Origin: Marsupella aquatica
Lineage: Eukaryota > Plantae > Marchantiophyta
Assembly: GCA_973895155.1 (NCBI GenBank)
Contig: OZ316894.1
Location: 1,566,457-1,630,456, forward strand
Length of the DNA: 64,000 nucleotides
Direction: 5' to 3'
Each line of letters starts with the position of its first letter. The first letter of the stretch is position 1. A model generated the notes under the pieces. It searched no databases. It was not told the DNA's origin and worked only from the letters and a program-made list of their open reading frames with translations. Shown here one piece after another: positions 41,301 to 54,319 of the stretch. The position numbers and the translations under genes were made by a program.

Positions 41301-42235
41301 TTGTCTGCTGATGTCTTCTTGGCGCTTTTTGGCTGCGATCTGCTGGTCTAGGTACCCCGGAATCTTGTCAAACTCCGCTTGAGTAAGTCGCTGGTTGCCC
41401 TTCAGCTTAAAGAACTTAGCTGGAACCTCAAGAATCGCCTCTGCTACCGATCTAAGCCCTTCCTCGCTGAGATATAGTTTGGTGATGTAGTCTCGCAGCT
41501 CGTTGTAGCTAGAATCCCTGGTGATGGCCGTCCTTTCGCAATTAACCAGTGCTACCTTGGTTACCAGCTTTGCGTACCTTCATTCGTAAGCGGCTTTCTC
41601 GGGGCAAGAGTACCAGTAAGTCTCGGAGAACTTAGCACCTACCTCGCCAAACAAGGTCCAAAATCCCAAGGCTGTGAGGGTCATACTAACCTCGTAGTCC
41701 GGTTCGTTGCGTCCGCGTTCCCACCTGGCTGGTCCTTTTTCGCGGAGGCCTCGCTCGTCCTGACTAAATCTTGCCACATTCCGCTCTTCTCCCTCGATAA
41801 TTTCCTCGTAAAGGTCGACTGGATTCAATCAAAAAGGCGAGCGGATGGCAGCGTCCGCGAATTCCAAAAAGGTAAACATGAGCAAATGGCCCGCAGTGCC
41901 ATCGGCTCCTCTCTTATGGGGGTGCCAGGATGAGCCCGAGCGTGAGAAGGTCAGGCCGTTTGGTCATTGATAACGAGCTGGAGTCGGCGCCTCGGTCCAA
42001 GCGTGATTCTTCTAACTGATTTTTACTTCGCTGCCGCCACCATACCTCGGTCGTGCGTAATAATCCCTTTCCTGAACTCGTAATTATTCGGTTATCTTAA
42101 CCTACTCCTAATCTAATCATAATGGCAACTTGACGGCTATACGTTCTATTCTACGCTATGGCTACGGTCCTAATGACCGTATAAGTCCTAATCTACGACC
42201 TGGGTTCGGTCAAGTGACACATTACCCGTGTCACA
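38396..42235. mobile_element. 3.8-kb TG..CA solo-LTR-like insert carrying an ORF
   Basis: TGTCGCAC...GTGTCACA ends with 5-bp TSD GCTAG (38391-95 and 42236-40). Removing it restores the PHD gene frame. Confidence 0.88.
39381..41240 (-). CDS. LTR-borne protein of unknown function (619 aa; N-domain, Pro-rich linker, coiled coil)
   Basis: Long ORF; the same frame continues upstream to ~41879 past two stops. Similar in motif pattern to 32100-33707. Confidence 0.6.
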   Translation of the reverse strand: MATPVPQSITTGVPPNQSQVRLVINTECSSGSERASPQLEQRPRKRSRTTTAPESTRTDAAPAPAPANPPTNQTRRPPDNPKSNLLQVIRVPEVVWIAIKKLEHADYLKKHQLERFAHLLWRPCAAGPKEICEFISNFDTDALTTKVLGQTLSLTEHRLTQIFCLPTGPVPVEIRIRDKEYTPRHFKPEGKTDNGYKQGACTNLTYMERLNFIRTTLHMIEPRSEISLYTIVQVEQYKRRNWAQFFYRRFSGELKRAQGGMAIGGKTYLGSHIAIILAWYKARREARGKNMATSAPGNVTPAPEEATPTTRTTVPRANPEPEAPTNTPQLPPVEIPPTPSVEPPLPAVQPPPIPPPPEETFPSPALTTEELIAPAEEPPVPERMEDYQVAPGTMAYDLVQKFSQTMSGELATYIGQQVSAYFQPAFFMLEHQPRIVSRLEEELMAKGNEIGRLQMLVEHLEEEATTRHEDLVRTVEQRDGLTQELSGAQAKLKKLDDTVLQLRSESSARVTSLTDLNKQFLQAAQQVAGLSAERDKLLAQDQVHRDAIDQLNLEVARLQTEADEAANEAEEAVRDNKALQDRVTLLVLQRGKPGPTSDQGGSRSHPDKGTSPGPTTAHT

Positions 42236-43939
42236 GCTAGTTTGTAGAATCTCTTGCTCAGAGAACAACGGAATACGCAATACCTCTTCCAAAGAGGCTC
42301 CTCTGTCAGAGGACTGTGTTGCTTTCTTTATGTTTGAAGTCCTTGTCGGCATGGTTCAATTGCAATCATCACAAAGCACATCACATATGAGGGGGACATG
42401 ATGATAGTGAGCAATCCATAGACAAAGATAAGGTTAATCATAGCACCTGCTCCAATGATCTGCAAACCTCCCTCCCAGATGAAGTCAACTACACAGTGCA
42501 ACCTGAACACCCACCAACCAAGACATACATAAATACAATGCCATCTTGCAAAACTTTGCCACATAATGGGAATGAAAAATATTCTCATATATCATGGATC
42601 GTACAATTGCAGCCTTGCAAACAAAGGCCTAGTCATATATGAACAACGCATCCATGTACTATCAGGGACTACAATGTCAAGCATCCATGGGTTGTAACCT
42701 TAGCTTGATCTGGAATACTATCTGGGGCTACAATATCAAGCTCAGTTGAATGTGGAATACTATCAGGGACTACAATGTCAAGCGTGTTCGTGATGACAAT
42801 CTTGCGTAAAAGACACTCATTTTGAGGCCAAATGGTTGGCCTTATACAAGAGCACTTCCAGCGACGTGTGACAACTTTGCCATGCTTTCCCATGTATGTC
42901 CTAGTAACAAGTCTTCCACGCATTTTCAAGCATAAGCAATGGAACCATTCAAAATTCCCATCACCAACCCTGCACTTGACACAAGGTTCACACCAGCAGC
43001 ATTCATCTGGATGCTGCAGAAGGAGCTTCTCATAATTCGCTTCTAATGTAATGCCCAATATAGCCATGGCACTATTTTTTTTTACTCGGTGAATGGCCAG
43101 ACGATTAGACGTGCAATGACAGGCAACTTACAATTCACTAGGTACACTATGTGTTCTAGCAACCTGCTTCACCGCAAGTGTTGGTGCTCACTACTGCAAG
43201 CGCTGATGACAACCTCTACAATTCCTTTTGCAACCTGTGAACAAAATTGAAACCACCATTCAATTTCTAAGTTTCAAAAACTTCCCATTACATGAAGACA
43301 ACCAATTGGCCATGCATGTTACTACAGCAATAAAATAATAACCCAATCGCTCAACAGACCTGAATAGCTAACCTGAATAGGATAAGTTCAGAATCCGGAA
43401 TGGTAATGCCCTTGCCCAGAAGCTTGAGAAACAAAAGAGAATTTAAAATCAAGCACATCGAGCGTCATCTATTACCGACCACGTCTTGACCAGGCCCGCC
43501 ACCCAATATGGCTGGAGGCTGTGGTCCCCCCTGGCTGAGTAAACACTTAAAGAAGTCTTCTCTTCTAGATGACTTAAAGAAAATTGTAGGAACCAGCCGA
43601 CGGGACACCAAGGCATGTAATAGAGAACCAGATTTGTGCGGGTGTGTGGGGGACAACAGAAGTCAAGTTACGAGATTTTTTCCCTGGGGTCCAGCCCACG
43701 AATGGAGATCATGTAAGGTGGTCAATCATGGCAAGTGCAATCGTTAGAGACCTGTACTCGCGGTTACTCTAACGATGCATCCAAAAAACATGTGCATCAA
43801 GTCATCGATGCGGACACAGGAGGAGAGATGAGTATGGACAACATCGAGACAAATGACGACAATACTGAGCTAGTATTCGGCTGGGAAGTTGGAGCTGGAT
43901 CTCACACTAGAAGAATCCGAGGTGAACTGAGACCGCAAT

Positions 43940-44260
43940 ATGTGACTCATTTTGGCTCATGTGACTTCATTGTGACTCAACGTGACTTGACCCACGCTGT
44001 GACCCTTGGAGTTGCAAAAGTTGAGACCAAAAAATGGAAGTCACTATTGATACTGGGCTTTGCAACTTGCTTGATACCCATTTGTGACTGATCTGTGACT
44101 TTATTGTGGAGTCTAGCCTTGTTTCTACGTGACTGCAATATGACTTCAGCGAGTCACATAGTAAGTCACATACATGACTTACCCGCATTCAACAACGACT
44201 AGCGTGTGACCATTTAGTGTCACAGGAGAGACCAATGGAGACCCTGGCCCGCGTCACACA
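43940..44260. repeat. Dense cluster of (T)GTGAC/GTCAC motifs
   Basis: About 13 GTGAC/GTCAC occurrences in both orientations within ~320 bp. Confidence 0.75.
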
Positions 44261-44758
44261 ACAAAACCATTTGGGACTCTATATACTCATGTTTATAACT
44301 AATAAGGTTCACATGCAAGTTATAACCATGACTAATGAACAGAGAGGGACAGTTCATAAGGAGAGAGAGCACTCCACATTACAATACATAGAAACTGATG
44401 TTCTAACTTTAGAAATATAACACATTGAATACAAGAAATGAACATAGCATGAATGACATCCACATGAAACAAAGCATCATATAAGCAGATCCTACATAAA
44501 ACATTCATAAGAATTAAACACAATCACAATCTTGCTAAAAAATGAAGATCATTTAAATTCCAATGGAATAGTTTACAATGTGATCAATGTAATTCAGACA
44601 AAACAGGAACTCATAATTGATGACTGCAGGATGAGATAACTGAAAGCACATGCATGATACTATGAATCTCCAAGAGGACATGATTCTTGTACTGCTTCTT
44701 GACATCTAAAATCTACATGACATGACTCACACTACAAACAAATAATGGCATGACATTG

Positions 44759-47700
44759 TTATGGATCCTCTATGAACTTGCTTGGCCATAATACCAAAGA
44801 ACCTGCAGCATCTCCAAGTGTCTTTTGAGGAGGATCATCATTTGTGTTTGGAATGGGAAGGACAACTTTAGGTTTCACTAGTAATGTGACTAACACTACT
44901 GAATAACTTGGGGGAATCCTCTTGCCATGGAACGTTGTGGAACCAACCTGCACTCTGCCAAATCCTACTCGTGTTCCACTCTCATCAATAGCTAACAAGC
45001 CACTTTGTCCCTCAGCATTAGGTGCTTTCCCCACTTCCACTTTAGATCTTTCTGCCAGCACTGTTCTTGGAGGTTTGTATGAAACCTTTGACGTGGCTTT
45101 GCTCCCACCAGCAGACTTGCTTCGTGTGCGCATGCTTCCTCTCTTCACAGTAGTGAAGCTAGGCTCAGTAGGTTCCTCTATTAGGACTGTCACAGTAGCA
45201 GGTTCATCACCTGGGAGTGTCATACCAACTAACTCTTTGGTTGGATTTATCTCAACAAGAGGCACACCTATCATTGAGAATGATACATTCTGCAAATCAT
45301 TTATCTCTGCAATGGAGTCAAGATCTACATAGCATGAATCTGGCTCAATGGTATCCTTGTCATGCTTGCTGATATCCTCATTTGCCCCAACATTGATATC
45401 ATCCACTCCCTTGCCAATGTCATCCTTATCCAAACATGGTTGACTGCCCTCTGTCAAACAAGTTGCTTGTACAAACTGCAACTTTGTTGCCTCTAAATTA
45501 CAGCGAGTATTTGCCAGGTTCTCATATTTCTTCTCTGTAGCACCTGTCTTATTCTCTATGGACACAACAACCACAATATATGTTACTAAAAATAACACAT
45601 TCAACAAACAATGTCAATTCAAACTATACATTTAATAATCATATCCCACACAGTTGTAAAGGCCTTACCTTCAAGCCTACATGTCGTTGGCATGCCAGAA
45701 GAGTGCATCGACTTTGCCACCTCAAGTGGTGATGGTGGAACTCCTGCAGAATTGGAATCAATTTTATCTCTCACCGACACAACAGCTTCCATTAATGTCT
45801 TGAAGTTCACATGGAACAAGTCAGTCAATGAATTCAAACGTTCATTGATCTCTGGAAGACATGTTTCGACAGCCTTCAAACGACCACTTATCTCTGTAAG
45901 TAAAGATCCACCTCCCTACATGACACATGGGTATAGGTTCAATCACTCCATATGAAATGTTGGGCAATATATGCACAATCAATGTTATATACAGTGTACA
46001 CCTGAAATTCAACGCAGGTCATTCAATTACCAATCAGAACTCATATAACTTACATGCTTGGAGGATTCAGATACACCCTCTTGAGCTCGGGTGTTCACAA
46101 TTTTGGCCCTCAACTCTTCTTTTGAAGGGCTTTGCCCCAATTGGGGTTTCTGCACATGCATGGCAAACACAAGTTATCGATCAATATTCAGGGAATGTAC
46201 ACTAAAAAACAAAGTTTACATGTATGGGTTTACACTAAAAAACAGTACATAGTGTAGCATAAATTACATAGCTAGGCCATTCATTCTTACCAAACGTTTA
46301 GCTGTCGGTGCAGTGCCGGTCCTTCCTGTCAGATTAGGGTTCTGAACACTCAACCTGGCCTCGGTCATCTGTGAACTCTTCTTTTTTGAAGCATCTGTTA
46401 CAAAATAAGCTACTAACCTTGCCCACACTTTATCATCACAACTGGCTGGTGGAGGCATATCTGGCTTCTCCCCACCTTCCTTCCAAGCCTTATGCATTCT
46501 CCACCTCTCTTGCTTGATGATTTTACCTGCTGTACTCTCTAGGCAACCTATGTCCACGCCATCATCACTGCCCACATAATTCCATTTGCCAGCAACATTT
46601 TCACATACAGTCTTCCAATCTTTTGGATGCTGTTTTTTAAAATTAATAACACTCACATCTAACCAACGCAATACTTCAGCTTTCAAATTAGCATGCCATC
46701 GGTTCTTGCGAGGACACTCAGCATCCACCCATTGTCTCTCATTCAACTTTACGTTCCCTTTCTTTGTCACCTCCCCTCGTGCACTGCTCTCGGTAGTACT
46801 GGGCGTTGTATTGGCCACCCCTTCATTCACCCTACCTGGGGTTCTGAAGCCACCTGGGAAAATACAATGCCATTCATGCTTGAGAACTACATACAGCAGA
46901 ATGGATGACGGCAACATTCAATGCTTCACTTCAAGAAGAATTCTTCAAACATACATACCTGTAGCTCTGCCTGTAGATGCCTGTGCAGGGACTGCACTCT
47001 GAAATTGTTGCGACCCTGGACCACCTGTCCAGCCTAGTACAGGGGCCGAATGATGTCACTTTCTAGGTATGTGTGTGCAAACATATGTACTGAAAACTAA
47101 GTACAAACTGTAGGAAAACAACTGAACATTCACCGACATACCTGTCCCCCTTCCGTGCTGCATCTGCATAGGGGCATTAGTGAATACTTGAGTCGATGGT
47201 TCGACTGTCCAACCTACACACATACATTTTCTATCATTATACATGTGCAGAATCCCCCCCCACGTGAATGGACTCCAGATATAATGGGTTCTTCCATTGC
47301 TGACAAGATCAGACATTACCTGCCCCTCTTCCAACGTTTGTAGGTACTGTATTTTGATATCCTTGCCAATTACCTTCACCACCTTCCCAACCTTGTTCAT
47401 TCCACGACCCACCACCATCCTCCCAACCTGGTTCAACCCATGTTTGTCCTTGTGGACATTGGAACTGATCATTACTAGCATTTGCCCAATCAGGTTGGGC
47501 AGAATCTGCATGCAATGGTAGGTGGACAAAATTTCATGTTGTCTGAATCCAATACATCCCAAACAATGTCAAAAATTGATATGCAGTCTGAAATTCAGGA
47601 GTGTCATGCCTTCACAAAGAACTGGCATATAGATATATACTCACATCCCCATGGTTGAGGTGGACGTCCAAACCCACGAGACTGTGGGTTTGGACCTGCT

Positions 47701-48440
47701 CTGCCTCTACCATGGGCATAACCTAGAGCTTGCCCCCTGCCATAGTATTGGGCACCAGCCTGGGATCTACCACTACTACCACCTTGCCAACCTTGATCAA
47801 AGGTCAGCCCCCCCTGCTGGTATGGTGCATGCACAGGCTTTGAAGGCAAAACAGAACTGGCAGGACGCTGCATCACATCACCAACTACAATGTCAGGAAC
47901 TAAGCAAGGTACATATGTGTAGTACTGAACATATGAAACCTCCAAATAAGAGTTTTTAACTCAAAACCTTGTTGGGAAAACTACTTACCTGTTTCTTTTG
48001 GGGCTGCTCTGCAATGTATTCATCTTCATAACCCCCATCCTCATCCATTTCCTCTGGAAAATACTCATCATCTGCATCTTCTTGTCTAGTGTCTGCACCC
48101 ACCTGTGCAGCATCCATGTCATCTCCACATTCTGCCATTGTAGGTACCACCTTCTTGCTCAACCTTTCACTCCGACGCACACGCCCAGAGATAGTGTTGG
48201 ACACCCTTCTTGCATACTCCTTTCGTTTCTTTGAAAATTCTGTGGTTCTGCAACATTCCAATATGAAAATACAATCACAATTTCAGTGCCACATTGAACT
48301 ATTCATGTCACACAAACTCACTGCAGGATCATATTAGGATCCCCAGGAATCCCGCCATCTTGCATTGCATCATTCATTTGATCATCAAGCGACTGCGGTG
48401 ATTCTTGTAGCAAGTGGCGAACCTCCTCTCTTTTTCTGCA
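44759..48440 (-). CDS. Multi-exon CACTA TnpA-like accessory gene (Ptta/En-Spm Transposase_24-like plus C-terminal Tnp1/DUF8039-like domain)
   Basis: Exon 46291-46854 encodes DKVWARLVAYFVTDASKKKSSQMTEARLSVQNPNLTGRTG. The last exon encodes FHGKRIPPSYSVVLV...VLPIPN.DDPPQKTLGDAAGSLVLWP. GT-AG bounded exons lie near 45555, 45669-45914, 46959 and 47990-48245; the 5' end is uncertain. Confidence 0.65.
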
Positions 48441-48839
48441 TCAACAATGTTTTAGTCAGGCACCAAAACGCATTGACTCTGATTCAAGACTGTACACGTA
48501 TCTACTGTGATTGCAAAGACACCCTTTGGCCAAATGCTGATGGTCAAGAGAAAACCATCTGCACTAAGAGCTGAATAGTCAAGCATATGGAAGCCCCCAA
48601 ATTCCGAAACGACAAGACCCATGGGGGTGAAGAATTTACAAAGCCGGCATGGAAGTAAAAGATTTCAGACAGACAAGATATCTGAAGGAGAACTCTTTGG
48701 GAGAAACAATTACATCCATCGTAAAATACACCAAGATTGAAGAAAGACAAGCTGAATAGGCAGATTACAGGAATGTAAAAATTCACATCAAAAAAGGAAT
48801 AATATGCGGCTGGCTATAACAACCAAAATAAGATCTCCT

Positions 48840-49073
48840 GACCTCCAGAAGTCAAGGGATTAGCATTTTGGGCCACATTTTCCTTTAGAAATATCTACAG
48901 CTTGGTTATACACTACATTAGTGTGCGTACAGCTTTGTAGACAGGTGACCTCCAGAAGTCAAGGGATTAGCATTTGGGCCACAGTTTCCTTTAGAAATAT
49001 CTACAGCTTGGTTATACACTACATTAGTGTGCGTACAGCTTGGTTATACACTACATTAGTGTGCATACAGCTA
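48840..49073. repeat. Local tandem duplication (~107-bp x2, with a ~34-bp sub-unit x3)
   Basis: gacctccagaagtcaagggattagc... occurs twice; cagcttggttatacactacattagtgtgc occurs three times. Confidence 0.85.
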
Positions 49074-50687
49074 GACCGGTTTGTCAATCCTATGAATGCT
49101 TTGAAGCTTCATGCCTTCCACTACTTCTAGGAGACTCTTGCAACTTCCACCATCCTGTTGAGCATCGTGTTCGGCAAGGACCGCATTTGTTGTCTGAAAT
49201 TTTTGCAGAATTGCACAACTAGACCAACCTGTGATGGCAAAAGGGCTGTGTGCGCGAAGAGTGTCTAAGCAGGGCACGTTCTTTTCTTCGTCAACCACAG
49301 CACCAGGTGGTCCACCATCATTGTACAACATTCTGGCGGCCCTTGGATCATACAGTTCTGGGTATAGTTATGGTCGCATGCAAAGATCCTGGACCCCTGG
49401 CGTTGAAAGAGAGAGTGAGAGAGATCCGATTGCGCCCTTACGGCATTCTTTCATTTCGTTCCTTCGGTGCCTAATCGATTATCCCACTGCCGCCCACCCA
49501 TCAACGTGACACCAATAATTTTCTCACATCATTGCTGCACTGATTCACAACACTATGCTATAACTACAGAGGGGGAGACGACAGACGGAAGCAATCAAGA
49601 GCACCTGGGGGACCGTGGTGTCTCTCTCACCATAGTAACCGAGCTTCCAATCCTGCAGCGTGTTTGGACAAATATACTAAACAGAGGTAGTCATGTTTTC
49701 ATTAATTTGGATGAAAAGGCTCTAGAGCAGCAACCAAATAAGATTAACGGAGCGTCTTCATTGTAAAGATTCTTTCCGTCCTCCAACATAGCACTCATCT
49801 ATACGTTAAAGAAGAAAGAACAACGAGAATTTCAGTGAGGTGAAATAGGAGGACAAGGATCCATAGGCAAGTTTGCAAAAGGCCTTTGCCACCGTCACAC
49901 CATCCTTCTTAACTTCACGATAACCAAAACTTTGCTCTGTAACCACATTTTGACCTTGGAAAAGAGTTACAGATTCACAAAGCAATGAGTGACTGGTACA
50001 AGGATGTCACGCACCTACGACACACCTAGACATAATTTTATGAGGGACGGACAATAATTACGTTAAGCAGATGTCTTCTACACCTTTGGGCCCATGGTAA
50101 CCTTCTCAGCATTCGGTAATTCATCAACACCTTGGAGTGTAAGAGCCCTCGAATTGCCTCGACTCCAAACCTGGTATCCTTTGATCCATAAATTTGCACC
50201 AGTTTCGACCTGCTGCATTCTCAACTCCGAATCAGACCAACACAAGAGCATCTGTCTGGTAACTGCGTTAAGGACAAACACTCGGGTCAACTGCTACGAT
50301 CTAAAAACATAGTACAGATGGACGGAGAGTTACAATTCACCTCCAACGTTGTAATTCGAGAGTACGAGGTTGTGAACACTACTTCTTCACATGCTTCCTA
50401 GTTAGTACAGTACGACTATTTCTGCTAGCGACTCTACAATCTGCCGGATGGATAAAATCTACCGGCAGTGGATGGAATCTTTGGAATTGGGAACTGAATA
50501 GTCGAATCTATCCAGGACCAATTCAATAGTGAACTATTCGGACAGGAGGGTCCGTAGTGCACATAGATACTGGAGTAACCTCACTTCTCATCGCACTGTT
50601 GAACGAATCGAGAAGCATAAAATTGCCAACTTCAAGAGAAAAAACACACGACCTACTTCATGGTTGACTGAAAGAAAAGCCACCCAC

Positions 50688-50800
50688 CTGCCTGGCCGCA
50701 ATTTGAGTGTAGCGGAGAAATTTGTGAATGTTCCTGTACTCTCTGGAGACAAGGATTCACCTCGCATCCAATTATCAAACGACCCCATCACTGTGACGTC
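50688..50800 (-). pseudogene. Captured single exon of a PTST1-like CBM48 (starch-targeting) gene
   Basis: An AG/GT-bounded exon encodes DVTVMGSFDNWMRGESLSPESTGTFTNFSATLKLRPGR, matching the PTST pattern VQVMGSFDGWSQ.E.LSPE....T.FSTTL.LRPGR. Neighbouring exons were not found. Confidence 0.7.
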
Positions 50801-53800
50801 CTGGCAAACAAAAGCATTAGTATAGAGAGAAGGAAAAGAACGACAACAAAAACCAAGATCAGATCTAATTTCAACAGGGAACCTGTCAAATACTACTCAA
50901 TACAATAAGGGCCAACTCGCATGTGTGCGTCCTCAAAAATGCGGCCCTTGGCCTACGCAAAAAACAACCCTTGATCATCAGAAGCAAGCAAGGCATGCGA
51001 TGGATCAAGAAGTCAATGCAGCTGCCCCCGGTGAATTTCTGTGATTCCCTCCGCCCTCGTGCACTTCATTGTGGTTGCACCCCATAGTTAAATTATTGTT
51101 GAGAAAACTGTTGCATGCCAATCTGAAGAACACGAAAACAATTTTGCCTTTGCAGCTCTTTACGAGTAGTCATTCTGAGCTGGGACAGGGCAGAAAGGAC
51201 ACGCAAACACATTGTCGTCATTCGTTAATGCCAGGATCTCATATTCGAGGTAAGGTAAATACAGAGTGTTCATGCATGAACCTGCATCTTGGCAGCTCAG
51301 TCTTGACATTGTACTTGACAATCGGACGTCTTAGAGAATTGAGATATCTCTTAGGACAATTGAAACTCAGGCACTCTCTTCAGTACTATCGAATCCAAGA
51401 TGCGAAAATGGATACTGAGACGACAGCTCAAAGCAACTTTGAAGCAACATCAAAAACCTTGGGATAAGGCTACCACCGGAGGACCCCAGGTTCTGGATAG
51501 TCACTTCCAGAAAGCAAGTGGGTTCCAAGATCATGGAACGCCGTTGTGTGGAAGCCTACACACATGTGTTCGCTATCACCCAAGGCAAAGCCAAAGGATC
51601 TTGCTTGAAACTCTTTCTCAAGATGTTCAAAATCATTGTTCTCTGCCACGGGTGACTCTTCAGAGCCCTGAAATTATTCGATAGTCACGCCTACTACGAT
51701 TACCGCCTCATCAATGAGCTAGAAGCAAATCTTTTGCAAGATGAAGCAGGTCGAGGAAGGATCAGCAACTTAGTTGGAGAATCGAAAACTCCAGCTATAA
51801 AACACATATTCCCGGGTGATCGCTACACCAGCGAACGTTCACAAACACGTCCTAAAGTATCACAATATTGTCACCAATCCTCACTTCCTTATAGAATACA
51901 ACGATTTCTCCGTGGATTATTTGGTGCATAGTGACACGAGGGGAAGAAATGATGAAGAAGAAAAATATGTTTTCAAAGGCCTAACTCTGTAAATCCAAGC
52001 TCCCAGTTCGCAAATCCATCTTATTCCACTACGTACCATGACCAAAATCTCATACCCTAAAAAGATGCCCTGCAGCTCCCATACACTACTTTGTCCCAAA
52101 ATACAGATCCCGGCTCTTACACAAACCTCAAGAAAAGATAAACCCAGGACCTGATCACCTCTTCCGCTTACTACGACCGTGTCCCAGCAGGGATTCCAAA
52201 GACGAAGACAAAAGAAAATGCACTACGAGATGGGGTGAATAATCGACTGACAGCCAAGAATAGAAGAGCAAACAAAGAAAACCCACCTTGCAACACTCAC
52301 AAAATGCTGTCGCAGGCTCTACATTGTCGCAGCCCGCTGACTGCCCGTATCATGAATTGCGCATGAAGCACTACTGTAAAACTGCAAAACCAGCAACTTA
52401 ACTCGGACGACGGGCTGAATGACAGTTACTTTCCAAAGCTCTCGTTGTCTTTGCACGCCCTCACACCACTCAACTGTTGAAGGGCCACGCAGCAAAAACC
52501 TACTTTTCCATAGCGATTGAAGCTCATAGTCTAATGCTTTAATCTACGTCCTAAGTGAAAGTTTGCAAATCGAGCAAGGCGACCCTGTTTGAATATTGGC
52601 GACCATCAGGCTCCACCCCTCCTTTCTCGCTACCATTCCCCCATGTGATGGTTAAGCTTCTCAGGACACAATCAATCGCACAAATGTAGCTTAAAGCAGG
52701 ACCTCACTAAGCACACTATCGGTTAGGACCTTACAGACATAGAGGTGACATAGAGATAGATAGGTCAACGCAACCTTACTTGGGCCGATGCAGCATGTCT
52801 CTTGACAATGTGAAGCAGTGTAGCATTCCTCCGCCTAGCTCGCAGTGATCCTCCGCCTTGCTTGTAGTAACCAGCCTCCGCCTACCTAGCTTGCACTGTC
52901 ACGGCTGCAACTTTTTGTGCAATGACTTGGCCCTCCTGCCAACTGTGAGCTCCCAAAAGTATGTCGAGCAGATGTACACTCAAGCTCGACCTCGCAGAGC
53001 TCAACTCCAAGTCGGCAGCTCTCACTTGAAACTCAATAGCAGCTTAGCTCACCAGCAGGTTGAAAAGCGACAATGGACTCCCCTCAAAACTGATTGGCAG
53101 ACCTCCACACTGACGCTCGTAGCAGGCCAATCCTAAACACATTTGCACCCTAAAGTCCAATCGCGCTCAAACACTTTCATTGCCCCCTACAGGAAGTTCG
53201 CAAAGAGTGCAGCTGGAATGAAGGTCGTCGACTCCCAATTTCCCTCGCAAAACCAACCTCCGCGGCACACTGACCCTGAACACTTAGGGCACGGGCCCCA
53301 ATTTCTCTCGCAAAACCAACCTCCAAGGTACACTGACCCTGAGGGAAAGTAGTACCCCTCACATGTGGGCAGCCATCGAGTGACTTAGCAAACAGGTTGG
53401 TTTGGACATAAAAGAACAAATGCAAATGACTTAGCAAAAAGTTCAATGTGGGGAGAGTGCATTTTGGTCAAGAACAAGGCCAAATATAGTCAGGTATGAC
53501 CCCACATTATAAGTGAAAGTACCCACCATTTTGATGAAAACCCCCATATTTATACCCATTTAGATTTGGACTTATTGAACCATGAGTGTGCAATATGTAG
53601 TTGCACCGGGAGTTGCACATTAGGGATTGGCATCCGAAATTGGCTAATGGGGTATGCATGCTGACGGAATTTTAAAAAATGATGTCCAATGCACTATTGT
53701 GGAGTAACTAACATAACTTACCTATTTCTTACTTACCAGTGTTACAATAGCGACATTGGATAAAGTTGTAAGCATGACTTCCCACAGCCTCACCAAAACT

Positions 53801-54319
53801 TAGTTGGTATGATGTAACTAACATGACACCCACAAACTTGGAGTCGCATATTTATGAAGGTCTTGCACAAGTCACATAGGGGAGGGTCTCAGAATGGGTG
53901 GTTTTCTTCTAGTGTCAGCAGTGGCTCCAAACCTTATCTGCGAGGGCATGGCGAGCTCTGGAGGACAAAATACTCAAAGAGCTTATCGCCATTCATGGAG
54001 CTCAGAACAGGAATTTTATAGCTGAAAAGCTAAACGGGCAGATTAGGTGCTTCCTCGTCTATGACCGCTACCAGATCGACTCTAGGTGTGCCATGCGTGA
54101 TAGATTTGGGCGTCAAATAGTAGCAAGCAAGCAAGTACGATCGTCAAAGCAGGCAGCGCCTACCTCCCGGTTGAGCAATGCAGCAATGCAGCTCCACTCC
54201 TGGCACTCCGGTTTGAGATATCGCAACACTCCCTGCAGTAGCCACCTCCCATTTTAGCAAGCTAGCAGCTCCCGTTTTAGCAAGCAGCAATGCAACACTC
54301 CCAACACCCACCTCCCGGA

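Larger units (their letters stand above)
37834..43067 (-). pseudogene. Transposon-borne multi-PHD-finger gene (EDM2/NSD-type), split by an LTR insertion
   Basis: Across the insertion site the frame reads ILQTS/PHVCATCEHGGKLVICDGPCQRQFH...WFCPNC...CYGC, then CPLHTCVKC...CLRCPNAWHTGCL...MVYCPRHPIDPHLKTPIRDHI. This parallels EDM2 (CPLHKC...CRRCPKSYHRKCL...YCQEHEID...TPVRDHV). An extra Cys-rich EWFHCLCL...WKC segment lies at 42669-43067. Confidence 0.7.
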
